Of a stretch of DNA of 44,355 nt, positions 27,828 to 38,854 are shown piece by piece. The notes beneath the pieces were generated by a model, which saw only the letters and a list, made by a program, of their open reading frames with translations, made no database searches and was not told where the DNA came from. Position 1 is the stretch's first letter. Every line of letters starts with the position of its first letter. The translations under genes and the position numbers were made by a program. Source of the DNA: Nitrospiraceae bacterium (GTDB lineage: Bacteria; Nitrospirota; Nitrospiria; Nitrospirales; UBA2166); the NCBI GenBank assembly GCA_002726235.1, contig PBSN01000008.1, positions 625,781-670,135 of the forward strand, in the 5' to 3' direction.

Positions 27828-29435
27828 TCAGTCAGCAAATCGATAGATCGCTATCTCAAATCCAGTAATCTTAATAAGATCATCGGTATATCCAGTAATC
27901 CGATTGGACGTCATGTCCAGCAGAGACATAGCCTGTTCTCCGTGTTGAATCAGCACATATGCGGCTTTTCCCGTCGCATCAAAGATAAAACCTGTGGGCT
28001 CGGCATGTGGATCAGCTACTGACAGCACTGAAACACATCCATCAGACTTGAGATCTCGATCACGACCGTCAGGGAGACAAGCGAAAACCTCACCAAACTT
28101 TGCATCCTCGGTCACATACATCGTGCCTGTGATGGGTTGAAACGCGATATTGTCATGAGCGTTAAACCGACGATCTCCTTCGGCAAATCGATTGATTGTT
28201 ACCGTAGATACACTCTCCTTGCTCATCCCTCCGCTCGCAAGATAGCGAAAACCAGTCCTCAGATCCGTAAAATGTGTCGATGTATCCGAATAAGGCACAT
28301 GGTCAACTCCACAGATGATCTCACCATAATGCCCGGCATTCAATCGTCCGGTATTAGCCCAACAAAAACGAACACCTTTTCCAATATACGTTGGATCACG
28401 ATGCAAGTCCTCGGGACGATAATACCCCGTGCCTCCGTTGCGGTTTGCATCCTGCCTCGCGGTGCGCGCAGCAACATTCACCCATGTACCAACACCAACC
28501 TCACACCCCTGTCCAAACTGCGGAAAGTTTGAATGCGCAACCTCGACACAAGACACCGTCAGCGCGTACGTGGACCCTGATATCAAAGGTGAATCTTCAA
28601 GAGTTGCAATCGGCCTCTTGTCTACACGAGGATGTGTTGGAATGAACTTGAAAATCGACCCCCCATCAGTGTCCAAACTTCCCGATCCCGGCCGCAACTC
28701 ATCCCCAAAAATAATTACGCCACTCGGAAGAACAGTAAATCCCTCCCAGGCTAAGGTTGGAAGCGCAACACGTTGAACAACCATGCTGCTGATCTGTTCG
28801 CTATCAATCGCCTTGCGAATATCACCCATCGTTCGGTCTGCAATCCAATGACCCGTTGTATTGAGAAGATCGATAATCTCATACGCACGTCCATCATCTG
28901 CTTCTTCGGTGACAAGCACAGTCCCCCAACCTGTCGTTCGAATCCCATCACACTGGTGCATTCCATACAAAATCGTTTCTACCATCCCATCCGAAAGAGT
29001 GACGCGTTGTACCGATGAATTGGCCCCATTATGACCACGAGGAGTCACTCCTGAGCGTTTCTGTTCGATACAAATCAATAAATGGCTCGGATGATCAACC
29101 GTAGGCCAAAAGGTGATCATGTCACCCATCGATGCGATATTGCGTGCCACAAATTCAGCCTGAAGTCCTTTAGCAAGTTTCACCCGTTGGGACGCAATAG
29201 CAGCAGCTCGCGGCACAAACTCAGCATCGCTAGCGGGCGCCTCAAGAGGCTGCAGAATACCGAAAAGCTGCTGGGATCTCTGGGTAAGGTGTCGCTCAAA
29301 CTCTAAGCCAATGTCATGAGTAGTCATTCGCGTTTTACCAGAACCTGCCTCCGCCATAGAGGGTCCAATACATACAATACTCACGCAGAACACAATGACT
29401 CTCGGAACCCATTTCCCCTTTCTCATGTAGGACAA
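27828..29435 (-). CDS. PhoX/DUF839-like secreted phosphatase (start may be ATG 29426)
   Basis: CDGIRTTGWGTVLVTEE, AWEG, GDE, YRPED, HDNI, VTED, AEPTG, IQH are colinear with PhoX-family motifs; Sec-type N-terminus. Confidence 0.75.
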   Translation of the reverse strand: MSYMRKGKWVPRVIVFCVSIVCIGPSMAEAGSGKTRMTTHDIGLEFERHLTQRSQQLFGILQPLEAPASDAEFVPRAAAIASQRVKLAKGLQAEFVARNIASMGDMITFWPTVDHPSHLLICIEQKRSGVTPRGHNGANSSVQRVTLSDGMVETILYGMHQCDGIRTTGWGTVLVTEEADDGRAYEIIDLLNTTGHWIADRTMGDIRKAIDSEQISSMVVQRVALPTLAWEGFTVLPSGVIIFGDELRPGSGSLDTDGGSIFKFIPTHPRVDKRPIATLEDSPLISGSTYALTVSCVEVAHSNFPQFGQGCEVGVGTWVNVAARTARQDANRNGGTGYYRPEDLHRDPTYIGKGVRFCWANTGRLNAGHYGEIICGVDHVPYSDTSTHFTDLRTGFRYLASGGMSKESVSTVTINRFAEGDRRFNAHDNIAFQPITGTMYVTEDAKFGEVFACLPDGRDRDLKSDGCVSVLSVADPHAEPTGFIFDATGKAAYVLIQHGEQAMSLLDMTSNRITGYTDDLIKITGFEIAIYRFAD

Positions 29436-30065
29436 TACCTGTTGGATTTTGTGTGAGGATAGAGCAAGACAGTGTGCTCTTTATAATACTGGCAAGCAAT
29501 ATCTTGATGAAAGCATTTGTTGGAACACCTCACACAATGAGGAAGCCATGCCGTCCACGATTCATGCAAATGTATGACAACACCAGCGATTTGGAAAGAA
29601 GCCTAAGCGTCGGCTCAACCACAGCAAAAATTGCGTCACAGCTTGCTATGGCTCTTATGTACACCATTTTCCTGTGGCACCACATGAGAATATGCCCAAT
29701 CTCTCCCACTGCCAGCACACCCGACAAACCAGTCTGCCACCAAATGCAAGAATACTCTGGGGTAGAAGCGCGAAAAACACCCCTGCTACCAGAGGGAACC
29801 AAAAAAAAACCTATGAGCCCATTAATCCAACCCATCGAGGAAGGAAGATAGTGAAACTAAGACTGGATATCAAGTCGAATAATAGTCAATCATTCCTAAA
29901 CCAACACCCCACTCTGCAAGGATAATGGGGTATCTTCACAACTCCCCGATCAGGAGGACACTACTACTCCAAGTGCTGACTGAAAGATGAGGAGTATTAT
30001 ATTACCGTGAGGCACTACAAATAAAGGCCGCACAGATGCCATCACTCCTTTAGAAGTAGGAAATT

Positions 30066-30740
30066 CTATAGGACAATGAACGAAATGTTTGAATCAAAAT
30101 GAAATTTTTCGATTTTTACTTGGCTTAATCCTTTCATCTCCTCGATTAGTGCAACTGTTTCTCCGGGCCACCCATCGTTATTAATTTCGTCAAATGCTAG
30201 AACGCTACCTCTTGGCATTCTAGGCAAAAAAGTATTAAGCGCTATTTTCGTTGGCTCATATACGTCAAAATCAAGAAATAATAGTGAAATAATTAAGTGT
30301 TTATTTCCATCAAGATAATTTGGAATCGTTTGTATTGCATCTCCTTTAATTAGCTCTATTTTTGAAACATGATTAAGATATCGTTCTTCATTAAAATCTT
30401 TGATTCCTTTCAAAATACTATCATATGCTGATGCAGAGGATTTAAATGCACCTTTCTTTAAGTTAGGGTTAATGCTCGTCCCTTTATCTTTATCATTTAT
30501 GTGGGGAAATCCTTCGAAAGTGTCAAAACCTATAACTTTTCTTTTTATACCATAAGGTTCAAATATTTCAGATAATTTTGCCCAGGCAAATATCCCACCA
30601 CCATTCCAAACACCACATTCAATAATTGATCCTTCAATATCTAATATTCTTTTGAATAACTCATAGCGAGCAATGAAACGAGCCATATGCCTTCTGTGTA
30701 TGAATAATTCGAAATTTTTAATTTTTTCATCCATCCTCAT
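30066..30740 (-). CDS. TylF/MycF/NovP-like sugar O-methyltransferase, AT-rich
   Basis: GSIIECGVWNGG, IGFDTFEGFP, IKGD, LDFDVYEPT, AFDE..WPGET; AAGGA SD 7 nt before the ATG. Confidence 0.82.
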   Translation of the reverse strand: MRMDEKIKNFELFIHRRHMARFIARYELFKRILDIEGSIIECGVWNGGGIFAWAKLSEIFEPYGIKRKVIGFDTFEGFPHINDKDKGTSINPNLKKGAFKSSASAYDSILKGIKDFNEERYLNHVSKIELIKGDAIQTIPNYLDGNKHLIISLLFLDFDVYEPTKIALNTFLPRMPRGSVLAFDEINNDGWPGETVALIEEMKGLSQVKIEKFHFDSNISFIVL

Positions 30741-32023
30741 ATCGCTATCCTTCTTTTAGTAGTTCAATAACGCTATTTGTATCCCCCATCGCATTTGCCC
30801 ATTATAGTAGAATGGTAAGGGAGATGCTTCACGTACAACACAAGCTGTAGCGTACTACATCTCCTCGTATCATCCTCAAGTGTGATCGGTGTCTTTCTAG
30901 ATGAAATGCTTGGGGAAATTTCGCATAGGCCGTGAAGAGCTATACTCCATGCAACATAGCGTAGTTCCTAAAAATTACACCAAACAAAATTGTTCCCTCC
31001 CATCTTCTAATGTAATCTGCCTAACTATTGCAGGTGACTAATATTTAGGCAATTCGCTAAAACAGCCTCCAGATATATCAGAACTCGGCCACGTCCACAC
31101 AGTTATCCATGACCATCTGTTGATAACGCAATTCATGTCAGAAATACCGATCACTCAACTGACTGTATCCATACGCACATAAGATGGTGAAAATGATTTT
31201 TTCAAGTACTGTATTGAAATGAGACCATGAAGGTTCATGCCTCGAATGTCCGTAAGTTTTACGGATTGCACACAGCAAACACCGGATCAAGCGCAAATGG
31301 CGTGATTTTTTTAATAATTCACACCTTGCCAACAAAGCCACAAAGCGCGTTTTTAGCGGAAAATTCAATAAAATAATGAAATCGCTGGTTAGCGACATAA
31401 ACGTCGTAGTAGTGACAGATAGAAATTGCCTTTTGGAGACAACAATCAAGGCCCAGTGTGTAATTCCGAGGGTGAGGTTCGGCATCTGATAAACTACCTC
31501 AGAGAACCTATCTGGCAGGCTATATTCATAATGATCGCGCTCATGGATAGCCTCGAAACCGAACTCAGGATGACATGTTCCGTTGTGATGAGCCCTCATA
31601 GCACAATTTCTCCAGCACCCGAAAACATCACGAATGCAAACTTGCCCACTGTTGGTGTCCATTGGATTAACCATGCTCTTGGCAATGCGTTGAGGCAAGA
31701 CATCCGCTGGCAGGAAAATCTCTCCCTCTGCTCATGCGTATATGCCAAACAGTGAATATCTATCACACCGCAATCCTGTCTACTTTTTTCTTGCAGTTTC
31801 AGTATAATGTGGTGCCGTGGGGAAGGCGGACGAATGTCAGAACGAGTGGGGAACATGATGCATTCACGTACCATTCAGGGTGTACCGGCAGACACCACCA
31901 AGGAACCTTGATCAACTGCCAATGCACAGCGCGCCATCATGGCGGCACTTCACCCATCAATGGGTGTTTCGAGAGACTTTCCATTGGACCCGAAATACCT
32001 TACCCCGAAAATCGGAACCGACG

Positions 32024-32443
32024 ATGAGACAACGCGACTACGTCTTATTGATCCTGCTCATGACAATTGTGACAGGGTGCGCGAACATCACAAGTTATCA
32101 CACACGCGCTGACGCACTGCATGATTTAGGCACAATCGTTGTCATGCACACCGTTGGGGACGTCCAACATTTAGAAACACAGATCCGTGAGGGCCTTCAG
32201 CAGCGAGGATTCAACGCTGTCACCGGTAACGACACCACCACCCCTGATGCCGACACTCTTGTATATTATGTCCCCTATTGGGTTGAGGGAGCACATGACC
32301 ACACGTTACATCTTCACGTCCACGATGCACACACACAGCAACTCCTCGCCTCAGCAACATCTTCGCAATCATTGTTTAAAAGTAAAAATCTCAAGAGGAT
32401 CGTGCAGAAGATGCTCGATAAACTGTTTTTCCACGACAACTAG
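32024..32443 (+). CDS. Hypothetical lipoprotein
   Basis: ATG at 32024; MRQRDYVLLILLMTIVTG-C lipobox; globular-looking alpha/beta remainder. Confidence 0.7.
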   Translation: MRQRDYVLLILLMTIVTGCANITSYHTRADALHDLGTIVVMHTVGDVQHLETQIREGLQQRGFNAVTGNDTTTPDADTLVYYVPYWVEGAHDHTLHLHVHDAHTQQLLASATSSQSLFKSKNLKRIVQKMLDKLFFHDN

Positions 32444-32560
32444 GCCATCCTTCCGTGAAGAAGCCGTGGGCCGATAAAGAAGATGATTTCCGCGCTACAC
32501 ACCTTCCTGTAGTGTGTAGGCAACATACTCATCTATCCAACCTCCAATCGACACACTCAA

Positions 32561-33253
32561 TTATGGTGCAAACAAGCCCCTCAAGATCGCTGACCCAAGA
32601 ATATGCTCTTCGAAGCGACCCTGAAACTGGCTCCGTGTGAGCGCTGTCCCTTCCTCAATTGCGGGAACTGACCCGCTGAGTGCATAGAGCGTAAAAGTAT
32701 AGACATGTTCGTTTGGCGGACAGGGTCCAGCATAATTACTTGTTAGATCCCAATTGACCCCTTGAGTGACACCTGAGATATCACTCACCGCCTGACCTTT
32801 CTCGAACCCAGACATATCAGCAGGAATGTTATAGACTTGCCAATGTTTGCAGGCACTCGCTCCCGTGCCACACGGTAGAGACTCATCATCGACGATAAGA
32901 GCAAGCCTCGCCGTTCCGTCTGGAGCATCGCTCCATGCCAAGGTCGGCGAAATATTATCCCCGCCTTTTAGAGTACAGGCATGGGCTAATGGAATCTCCC
33001 CGTTATCCGAAAAAGCCACACTACTCAAGGTAAACAAAGGTGCAGGGTCAGCAGACGACAATACCGGATCAGCAGACAGGGAAGGCTCTGCAAAAGTCTC
33101 TTGGGGCAACCCTCCAGCTTCCTGAGACCCTGCGCCCTGCGGAGAGTCCACACTATTATCACTACCGCACCCGATGGTCAGCACACAAGCCACACCGATG
33201 AGAATAAGCGATAGCCCCCTGTGACTACGAACTAGGGTTGTTGGTCTATCCAT
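32561..33253 (-). CDS. YbhB/YbcL (PEBP / Raf kinase inhibitor-like) putative lipoprotein
   Basis: ATG at 33253 after a purine-rich SD; LTIG-C lipobox; NISPTLAWS, LIVDD, KHWQVYNIP, YAGPCPP, HVYTFTLYAL. Confidence 0.85.
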   Translation of the reverse strand: MDRPTTLVRSHRGLSLILIGVACVLTIGCGSDNSVDSPQGAGSQEAGGLPQETFAEPSLSADPVLSSADPAPLFTLSSVAFSDNGEIPLAHACTLKGGDNISPTLAWSDAPDGTARLALIVDDESLPCGTGASACKHWQVYNIPADMSGFEKGQAVSDISGVTQGVNWDLTSNYAGPCPPNEHVYTFTLYALSGSVPAIEEGTALTRSQFQGRFEEHILGSAILRGLFAP

Positions 33254-33457
33254 TGCACCACCCCTCCCTTCCCTGGTGAATAATGCGTCGCTACTTGTAT
33301 TGCCTATCCATACACATAACACTGCCTTACTCGAAAAACGCGTCAATGTTCTACAACCATAGCATAAGAATATTCTCCTTCGGACATCGCACACGAAATG
33401 CCACACCCTAATGCCATACACAATTGACGAGATCAATCCCATCATTTCTATCGTGAG

Positions 33458-36112
33458 TTATTCTTGCTCCACACGAATATTTTCGAGTGCTTCGTTGTAG
33501 GCGACGATGACATCAGGATGTTTGGGATATTGGGTTTTCACGTACTGCAGTGTGTGAAATGCTCTTTGCCAACTTAGATCGTGATCCGCATAGGTACGAG
33601 CCAAGGCAAGCAACCCATCAAGATCCTCGACACCCTCTAGCGTAACTTCAGCATGACGGTCCAACATGGTCACGTTAGCGATCAAGGTATCTTCAAAGAG
33701 CTTGAGTGGTGCCGAATACTCAATGCGCATATTGTCATCGGTATTTCGTATTTCCTTGTCAGCTAATTCCACCAAGGTATCACGTGAAAACTGATGCAGG
33801 CCAAGCAAATGTTCCGGCCGTTCAACATTAATGCTCTGCAAATCGTCAACGACCTGGTCATTCTGAAAGATCTCCTTAAACGAATCCACCGATAACGAAA
33901 GTTCAGCCTGGCTCCCCACGACGAGTAAATCTGCAGAACCAACACGAAACACCCGCACGTATTCATACACATCCGCGAATGTCGCAAGGAGTGAACGCAC
34001 ATCGTCCGTCCCCATGCTATAGGTCTGCAGCCACTGAACCCACACTCCTCCTGGTCGAAGCTTTTGCTTGCCAAGCTCAAAAAACTCCCGTGTAAACAAA
34101 TTGGACACGCCGGTCAACCAAGGGTTTGACGGTTGAGCACTTACAAGATCGTAAGTGCTGTCTTGTGCAAGGGTAAGAACATTTCTTGCATCATTGACGA
34201 TCAATCGCACACGAGGATCCTCAAGCGGTCGGTTGTTGTGCGCATCAAATGCATGGCTAGCAGCAACAACTGCTGGCTCTAATTCAACGAGGTCAATCTC
34301 GCGCGCAGGGTGAAGCGTGACCGACCCTAGCGTAATCCCGCTCGCCAAACCAATAACGAGAACGCGTTCGGCCTCCGGCGCAAAGGCAAATGGCATGTGA
34401 GCCAACAAAACCTGTGTGTCCATGTCGTGCAACGAAGCTTCTACTTTTCCATTATTGGCGAGGAAAATATTTCCATCATAGGGATCACGTTCAACAGTCA
34501 CGACAGAGGAAAGTCCTTCCTCGTAGAAAACAAGCTCTGAGGACCCTGTCACTGCCTCGATCACACCTTCTCGACTCAAGTCGCTGAGCGTTGTCACGTA
34601 GGAATAGAGCCCTGCCGCCATAAACCGAGGATCCCATGGTGGTTTGTGCCAATGGACGACCACGATTGCACTCAGCGTCACCATGAGCGACACAACAATC
34701 ACGCCACGACGTCGTTGACCGCTCACGGAAAGAGCAGTTATGCCCACAATAAGTGCGGCAATGAGGTTGACCGATACGGCAGCCAATACGGCTCCACGCA
34801 TGTGTAAGAAAGGCAAGAGCACAAGACCTCCACCAGCCGCTCCGACGATCGCGCCGATCGTATTCATGCCATACAGACGACCAACTGAGTGGCTCAGAGT
34901 ACGTCCCGATTTAGCCATTGCACGAACGAGATAGGGAAAGGTTGCGCCCATACACAATGCGGGAAGGAACATGATGGCCAAAGGCAGTGCCAACATAGCG
35001 GGCCACATCAAATACAGCGCATCCTCGAGGGTTTGGTACAACCCGACGTAGATAAATGGCAACTCGCTGTAGAAGTACATCGCAATCCAACACCAACACG
35101 CTACCTGTATTTGGATCAGCATAAGCACGCCAAGGACGCGCGTCTGCCCGCCACGCGCAAAACTGCGATCAGCCATCCATCCCCCAACCCATCCCCCAAT
35201 TCCGATTCCGAGGAGAAAGGCAAGTAGCATGATTGAAAATGCATAGGCGCTGCCACCAAGCATGAGTGCTGTGAGGCGAAACCACGCAACCTCACATAAT
35301 AGACTGGAGAAACCCGCCAGGCCGGCAACGATAATAAGCGCACGACTGGAAGAGGGTGGAGGGTCGATCAGCGATCCTTCAGTGTCACGATTTCCCACCT
35401 TTGAAGCCGAGTTGACCTCCAACAAAGGGACGGGACCCATCACCCCCGCAAGTGCGAAAGCACTAAGCGCTAACAGCAGGTTAGCAAGAGCTGCCCAGTA
35501 CGTGGTTGAGTGCACCCCAAGGTAAGGGAGAAGAACGAAGCCAGCCAGCCCAGTGCCAATCACCGCGCCAAGGGTATTGGCTCCGTAGAGTCGTCCTACC
35601 TGCCATCCGGCATCCTCAGATCGCGCCACGACAAAGCGAACAAGCAGTGGGAGTGTTGCCCCCATACACATTGTTGGCGGCAGGAGGAGAAGCCCAACAA
35701 GCACGAACTGAAATCCTCCAAACGCAAGCGGAGTTGGTTCAAACATCAACCAAAAACCGAGGTAGAGTGGTTCCGCACGCTCAAGAATCACAGGAAAGAG
35801 AAAGGCATAGCCTCCGATGAAAAGCTCCAAGGCGGCATACCATGCGAGAGGATGGCGCGTGCGCTGCGCCCGATGCGATACAAACAACGCTCCAAGCGCA
35901 AGACCTGCCATGAATGCGGCAAGGACCGTGCTAATTGCGACTTGGCTGGTTCCAAACACAAGGTGCAATTGCCGCGCCCATACCGTCTCGTAGATGAGAG
36001 AGGTTGCACCACTTGCCATGAATATCGGGATAATCAGTACACGGGAAATACGACGGTGGCGTGTCTCTCCATCACCTGCACCCGAATCTGAACTGTTCAT
36101 GGTGTCACACAC
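33458..36112 (-). CDS. Fused MFS-like membrane domain / spermidine-synthase-like protein
   Basis: Two repeated membrane halves (SLIYETVWAR..FG; SLLCEVAWFR..LG; LYGANTLG, LYGMNTIG), then YEEG..SVVTV, NNGKVEAS, VLVIGLASGIT, VELEPAV, NDAR, QPSNPW, NLFTREFF. Confidence 0.88.
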   Translation of the reverse strand: MCDTMNSSDSGAGDGETRHRRISRVLIIPIFMASGATSLIYETVWARQLHLVFGTSQVAISTVLAAFMAGLALGALFVSHRAQRTRHPLAWYAALELFIGGYAFLFPVILERAEPLYLGFWLMFEPTPLAFGGFQFVLVGLLLLPPTMCMGATLPLLVRFVVARSEDAGWQVGRLYGANTLGAVIGTGLAGFVLLPYLGVHSTTYWAALANLLLALSAFALAGVMGPVPLLEVNSASKVGNRDTEGSLIDPPPSSSRALIIVAGLAGFSSLLCEVAWFRLTALMLGGSAYAFSIMLLAFLLGIGIGGWVGGWMADRSFARGGQTRVLGVLMLIQIQVACWCWIAMYFYSELPFIYVGLYQTLEDALYLMWPAMLALPLAIMFLPALCMGATFPYLVRAMAKSGRTLSHSVGRLYGMNTIGAIVGAAGGGLVLLPFLHMRGAVLAAVSVNLIAALIVGITALSVSGQRRRGVIVVSLMVTLSAIVVVHWHKPPWDPRFMAAGLYSYVTTLSDLSREGVIEAVTGSSELVFYEEGLSSVVTVERDPYDGNIFLANNGKVEASLHDMDTQVLLAHMPFAFAPEAERVLVIGLASGITLGSVTLHPAREIDLVELEPAVVAASHAFDAHNNRPLEDPRVRLIVNDARNVLTLAQDSTYDLVSAQPSNPWLTGVSNLFTREFFELGKQKLRPGGVWVQWLQTYSMGTDDVRSLLATFADVYEYVRVFRVGSADLLVVGSQAELSLSVDSFKEIFQNDQVVDDLQSINVERPEHLLGLHQFSRDTLVELADKEIRNTDDNMRIEYSAPLKLFEDTLIANVTMLDRHAEVTLEGVEDLDGLLALARTYADHDLSWQRAFHTLQYVKTQYPKHPDVIVAYNEALENIRVEQE

Positions 36113-36857
36113 ACTAACTGATCATCGTTTGAAACTCTGGTTGTATTCTGTCAGAAACAATCCGGAACAACGACTCAGATGTATGAATCGTAAACGCCAG
36201 TGAGCCTAACTGAGAGACTCTCGGAAAGACAAGCGTTGAATGCACATACCACAGTGTGATTGAAGCAATCAGACAGGATGGGACACATCGAAGAAAATGG
36301 AATCGAGGAAATGGAAACACCCTTCCGCTTGGAATAACAACGAGACCACAACTGCATTCCAATGGGAAATACACAACGGCTGTGTCAAAAAGAATATAAT
36401 CTGAGGCATTCATGCGGAGAATCAGCAGGAAGTCTCAAGTTTCAGCCGTGGTTCACCTCGTCTCATAATCGCTGAGGACATACACGGACGCAAGCACGCT
36501 TTTTTTCCCTGAATGCACGAGGCACACTGTGGCTACGGCAACGATGCCCCCGACAAGAAAACAATACGCCATAATCCATGCACATACGATGCAAGCAACG
36601 ATGAACCAGGGATTGCTACTTGCATTGCAGATTAGGTAGAAAACACGGCATTCATCTTTGGTATGCTTTATTGGTAAGCGCACGCCTAGAGAGACATCGT
36701 GCACTACCACAGTTTACGACGATGATCACGAGATCCTAGGCATGGTAACCAAGGTCCAAACAAGCACCAGTATGAAACACGCAATTGTGTCATACAAACG
36801 AGTGGTGCTGGGAACAACTATGGCATACATCACAGATAAGCACAGGTGCAAAGCATC

Positions 36858-37520
36858 ATGCGCGTGATTGCAGTCAACGTGGGAACACTTCGCCCCATTC
36901 CATGGCGAGGAAAACAAGTGCAAACTGGAATTTTTAAGCACCCTATTGACGGACGCATTGCAGTACAATCACGTGGACTCGATGGAGACCAGCAAGGTGA
37001 TCTGAAACTTCATGGCGGAATTGACAAGGCGGTGTATGTCTATCCCAAGGAACACTATGAGTATTGGCAGCATGAGTTCCCAGATCTCACTTTCCCCTGG
37101 GGAATGTTCGGAGAGAATCTGACAACCGAAGGCGCCTCGGAAGACGCCATGTACATCGGCAACAGATGGCGTATTGGCTCAGCTCAGTTCGAAATTGTGC
37201 AACCACGTGAACCCTGTTTTAAGCTGGGGATCAAATTTGGAAACCCAAAGGTCATCAAACAGTTCATCGCAAGCGGCCGAAGTGGCTGGTATTTGAAGGT
37301 CATCACTGAAGGTGAAGTCGGAGCAGGCGATCAAATTTTTCCGGTCAGCCAGAATGATCAGCATGTCACCGTGACTGATCTCAACAAGCTTCTGTTCCAG
37401 ACTGTGCAAGACCAATCCATATTGCAGCGAGCCCTTCAAATCAAGACACTTCCCACTGGGTGGCATGATTTGATCTCGCAATACCTTGCAAAACATTCGA
37501 AGTGTAAAGACAGCATATGA
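36858..37520 (+). CDS. MOSC domain protein with 3-alpha tail (YiiM-like Mo-cofactor enzyme)
   Basis: TGIFKHP, GDQQGDLKLHGGIDKAV, FGENLT, QPREPCFKL (conserved Cys), SGWYLKVITEG, LPTGW. Confidence 0.9.
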   Translation: MRVIAVNVGTLRPIPWRGKQVQTGIFKHPIDGRIAVQSRGLDGDQQGDLKLHGGIDKAVYVYPKEHYEYWQHEFPDLTFPWGMFGENLTTEGASEDAMYIGNRWRIGSAQFEIVQPREPCFKLGIKFGNPKVIKQFIASGRSGWYLKVITEGEVGAGDQIFPVSQNDQHVTVTDLNKLLFQTVQDQSILQRALQIKTLPTGWHDLISQYLAKHSKCKDSI

Positions 37521-37561
37521 CAGACTATTAGCACTCATCTTTACCATAGAAGGAATCACTG

Positions 37562-38824
37562 ATGACCAATACATCAACTGATATAACACGACGAACATTC
37601 ATGAAGCACCTCACATTGGGTGGAGTTGGTGCATTAAGTTTTGCCGGAACACAACTCGGAAAGCGCGCAACTTCGGCACCAATCACCAGCCCATTGGCTC
37701 CAACGGGAAATCCTATCCGGATCGGAATGATCGATCCAATCACTGGCCCCTACAGCACGTCATCAATGCATGATATCCACGGCGCTACTGTCGCAATGGA
37801 CATGGCCAATGCCTCAGGAGGGATCCTTGGAAGACCGATCGAATTACTACCGGTTGACGATGCCTCAAATGCCGATATCGCACGCAAACAGGCAATCACA
37901 CTCATTAAAGAAAAACGAGTTGATGCATTGGTCGGATCGTTTAATGGTGAGGCTGCGCTCGCCGTTTCAGAAATCGCTGAAACAGAAGGTAAATTGTTTA
38001 TGGTCTCCTGCGCGCACATTAATGAACTTTCCGGATCAGCATGCCGATCTTCATCGTTTACCTATATGCCCACTGCCCGTGCGATGTCACGTGCAGTAGC
38101 CCCTCACATCGTGAAAACATATGGGTCAAACTGGTTTTTCCTCAATGCAAATACGATGGATGGAACATCTGCATATACGGCAATGAAACACGCCTTGAGT
38201 GAACTGGGAGGAAAAGAAGTCGGTCACACCGTGACCAAATTTGGAGAAACCGACTTTACATCCGCATTGCAAGAAGCGAGGTTAGCAAAACCCGACGCAG
38301 TAATTCTAAACATCTATGGGTGGGATCTCGTCAATGCACTGAAAAAGGCAAACTCCATGGATCTGACAATGGATATGGGAATTGGAGGCATGATTGCCGG
38401 TGAACAAATCGGTCGACCACTTGGTTACACCGCAAACCAAGGCATTTGGGGACTCACCTGGGACCCCAAGGTTCCGACAAAAAGCTCTAACATCTTTATT
38501 GATGGCGTGATAGCGAAGTATCGTCACACACCAACCTCGCGTTGCTACCTTGGCTATGCGGCGCTAACACAAATTCTAAATGCCATCCGCAGAGCAAAAA
38601 CTACAGATGTTAGCGCCCTCGTCAAAACACTCGAAGGACACCTCTTTGATGGATTGAAGGAGGGACCATCATTTTTTCGAGCATGGGACCATCAACATGT
38701 CCAAGACATCTTGGTTGGAAAAGCATTTGGGAAAGAACTTGGCTTAGGACATTATGATATTCTTGAGACTGTCCCTGGCGACGCGATCACAATACGACGT
38801 GACCAGAGCACCTGCCAGCTGTAA
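37562..38824 (+). CDS. Tat-exported type I periplasmic binding protein (LivJ/UrtA-like ABC substrate-binding fold)
   Basis: TRRTFMK twin-arginine signal; IRIGMIDPITG, NASGGILGRPIEL, GETDFTSAL, FRAWDHQ. Confidence 0.88.
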   Translation: MTNTSTDITRRTFMKHLTLGGVGALSFAGTQLGKRATSAPITSPLAPTGNPIRIGMIDPITGPYSTSSMHDIHGATVAMDMANASGGILGRPIELLPVDDASNADIARKQAITLIKEKRVDALVGSFNGEAALAVSEIAETEGKLFMVSCAHINELSGSACRSSSFTYMPTARAMSRAVAPHIVKTYGSNWFFLNANTMDGTSAYTAMKHALSELGGKEVGHTVTKFGETDFTSALQEARLAKPDAVILNIYGWDLVNALKKANSMDLTMDMGIGGMIAGEQIGRPLGYTANQGIWGLTWDPKVPTKSSNIFIDGVIAKYRHTPTSRCYLGYAALTQILNAIRRAKTTDVSALVKTLEGHLFDGLKEGPSFFRAWDHQHVQDILVGKAFGKELGLGHYDILETVPGDAITIRRDQSTCQL

Positions 38825-38854
38825 TCCATCACGACACCACGTAAAGGAGGTTTG

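Noticed and set aside
29453..29925. Overlapping 83-132 aa ORFs upstream of the PhoX-like gene
   Set aside because: Three mutually overlapping ORFs, no motif, no clear SD; none can be supported.
30741..30789. Frameshifted N-terminal extension of the TylF-like gene (removing one base from the T4 run at 30754-30757 would fuse MGDTNSVIELL in frame)
   Set aside because: The ATG at 30740 already has a well-spaced AAGGA SD and the run is only 4 nt; cannot be supported without a homolog alignment or reads.
31138..31874. 186-aa, 109-aa and 92-aa ORFs in the large gap
   Set aside because: They overlap one another, show no family motif and have atypical composition; left unannotated.
37528..37554. CIRCE (HrcA) operator
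   Set aside because: Only the left arm TTAGCACTC is present; after 9 nt the sequence is ATAGAAGGA, not GAGTGCTAA.
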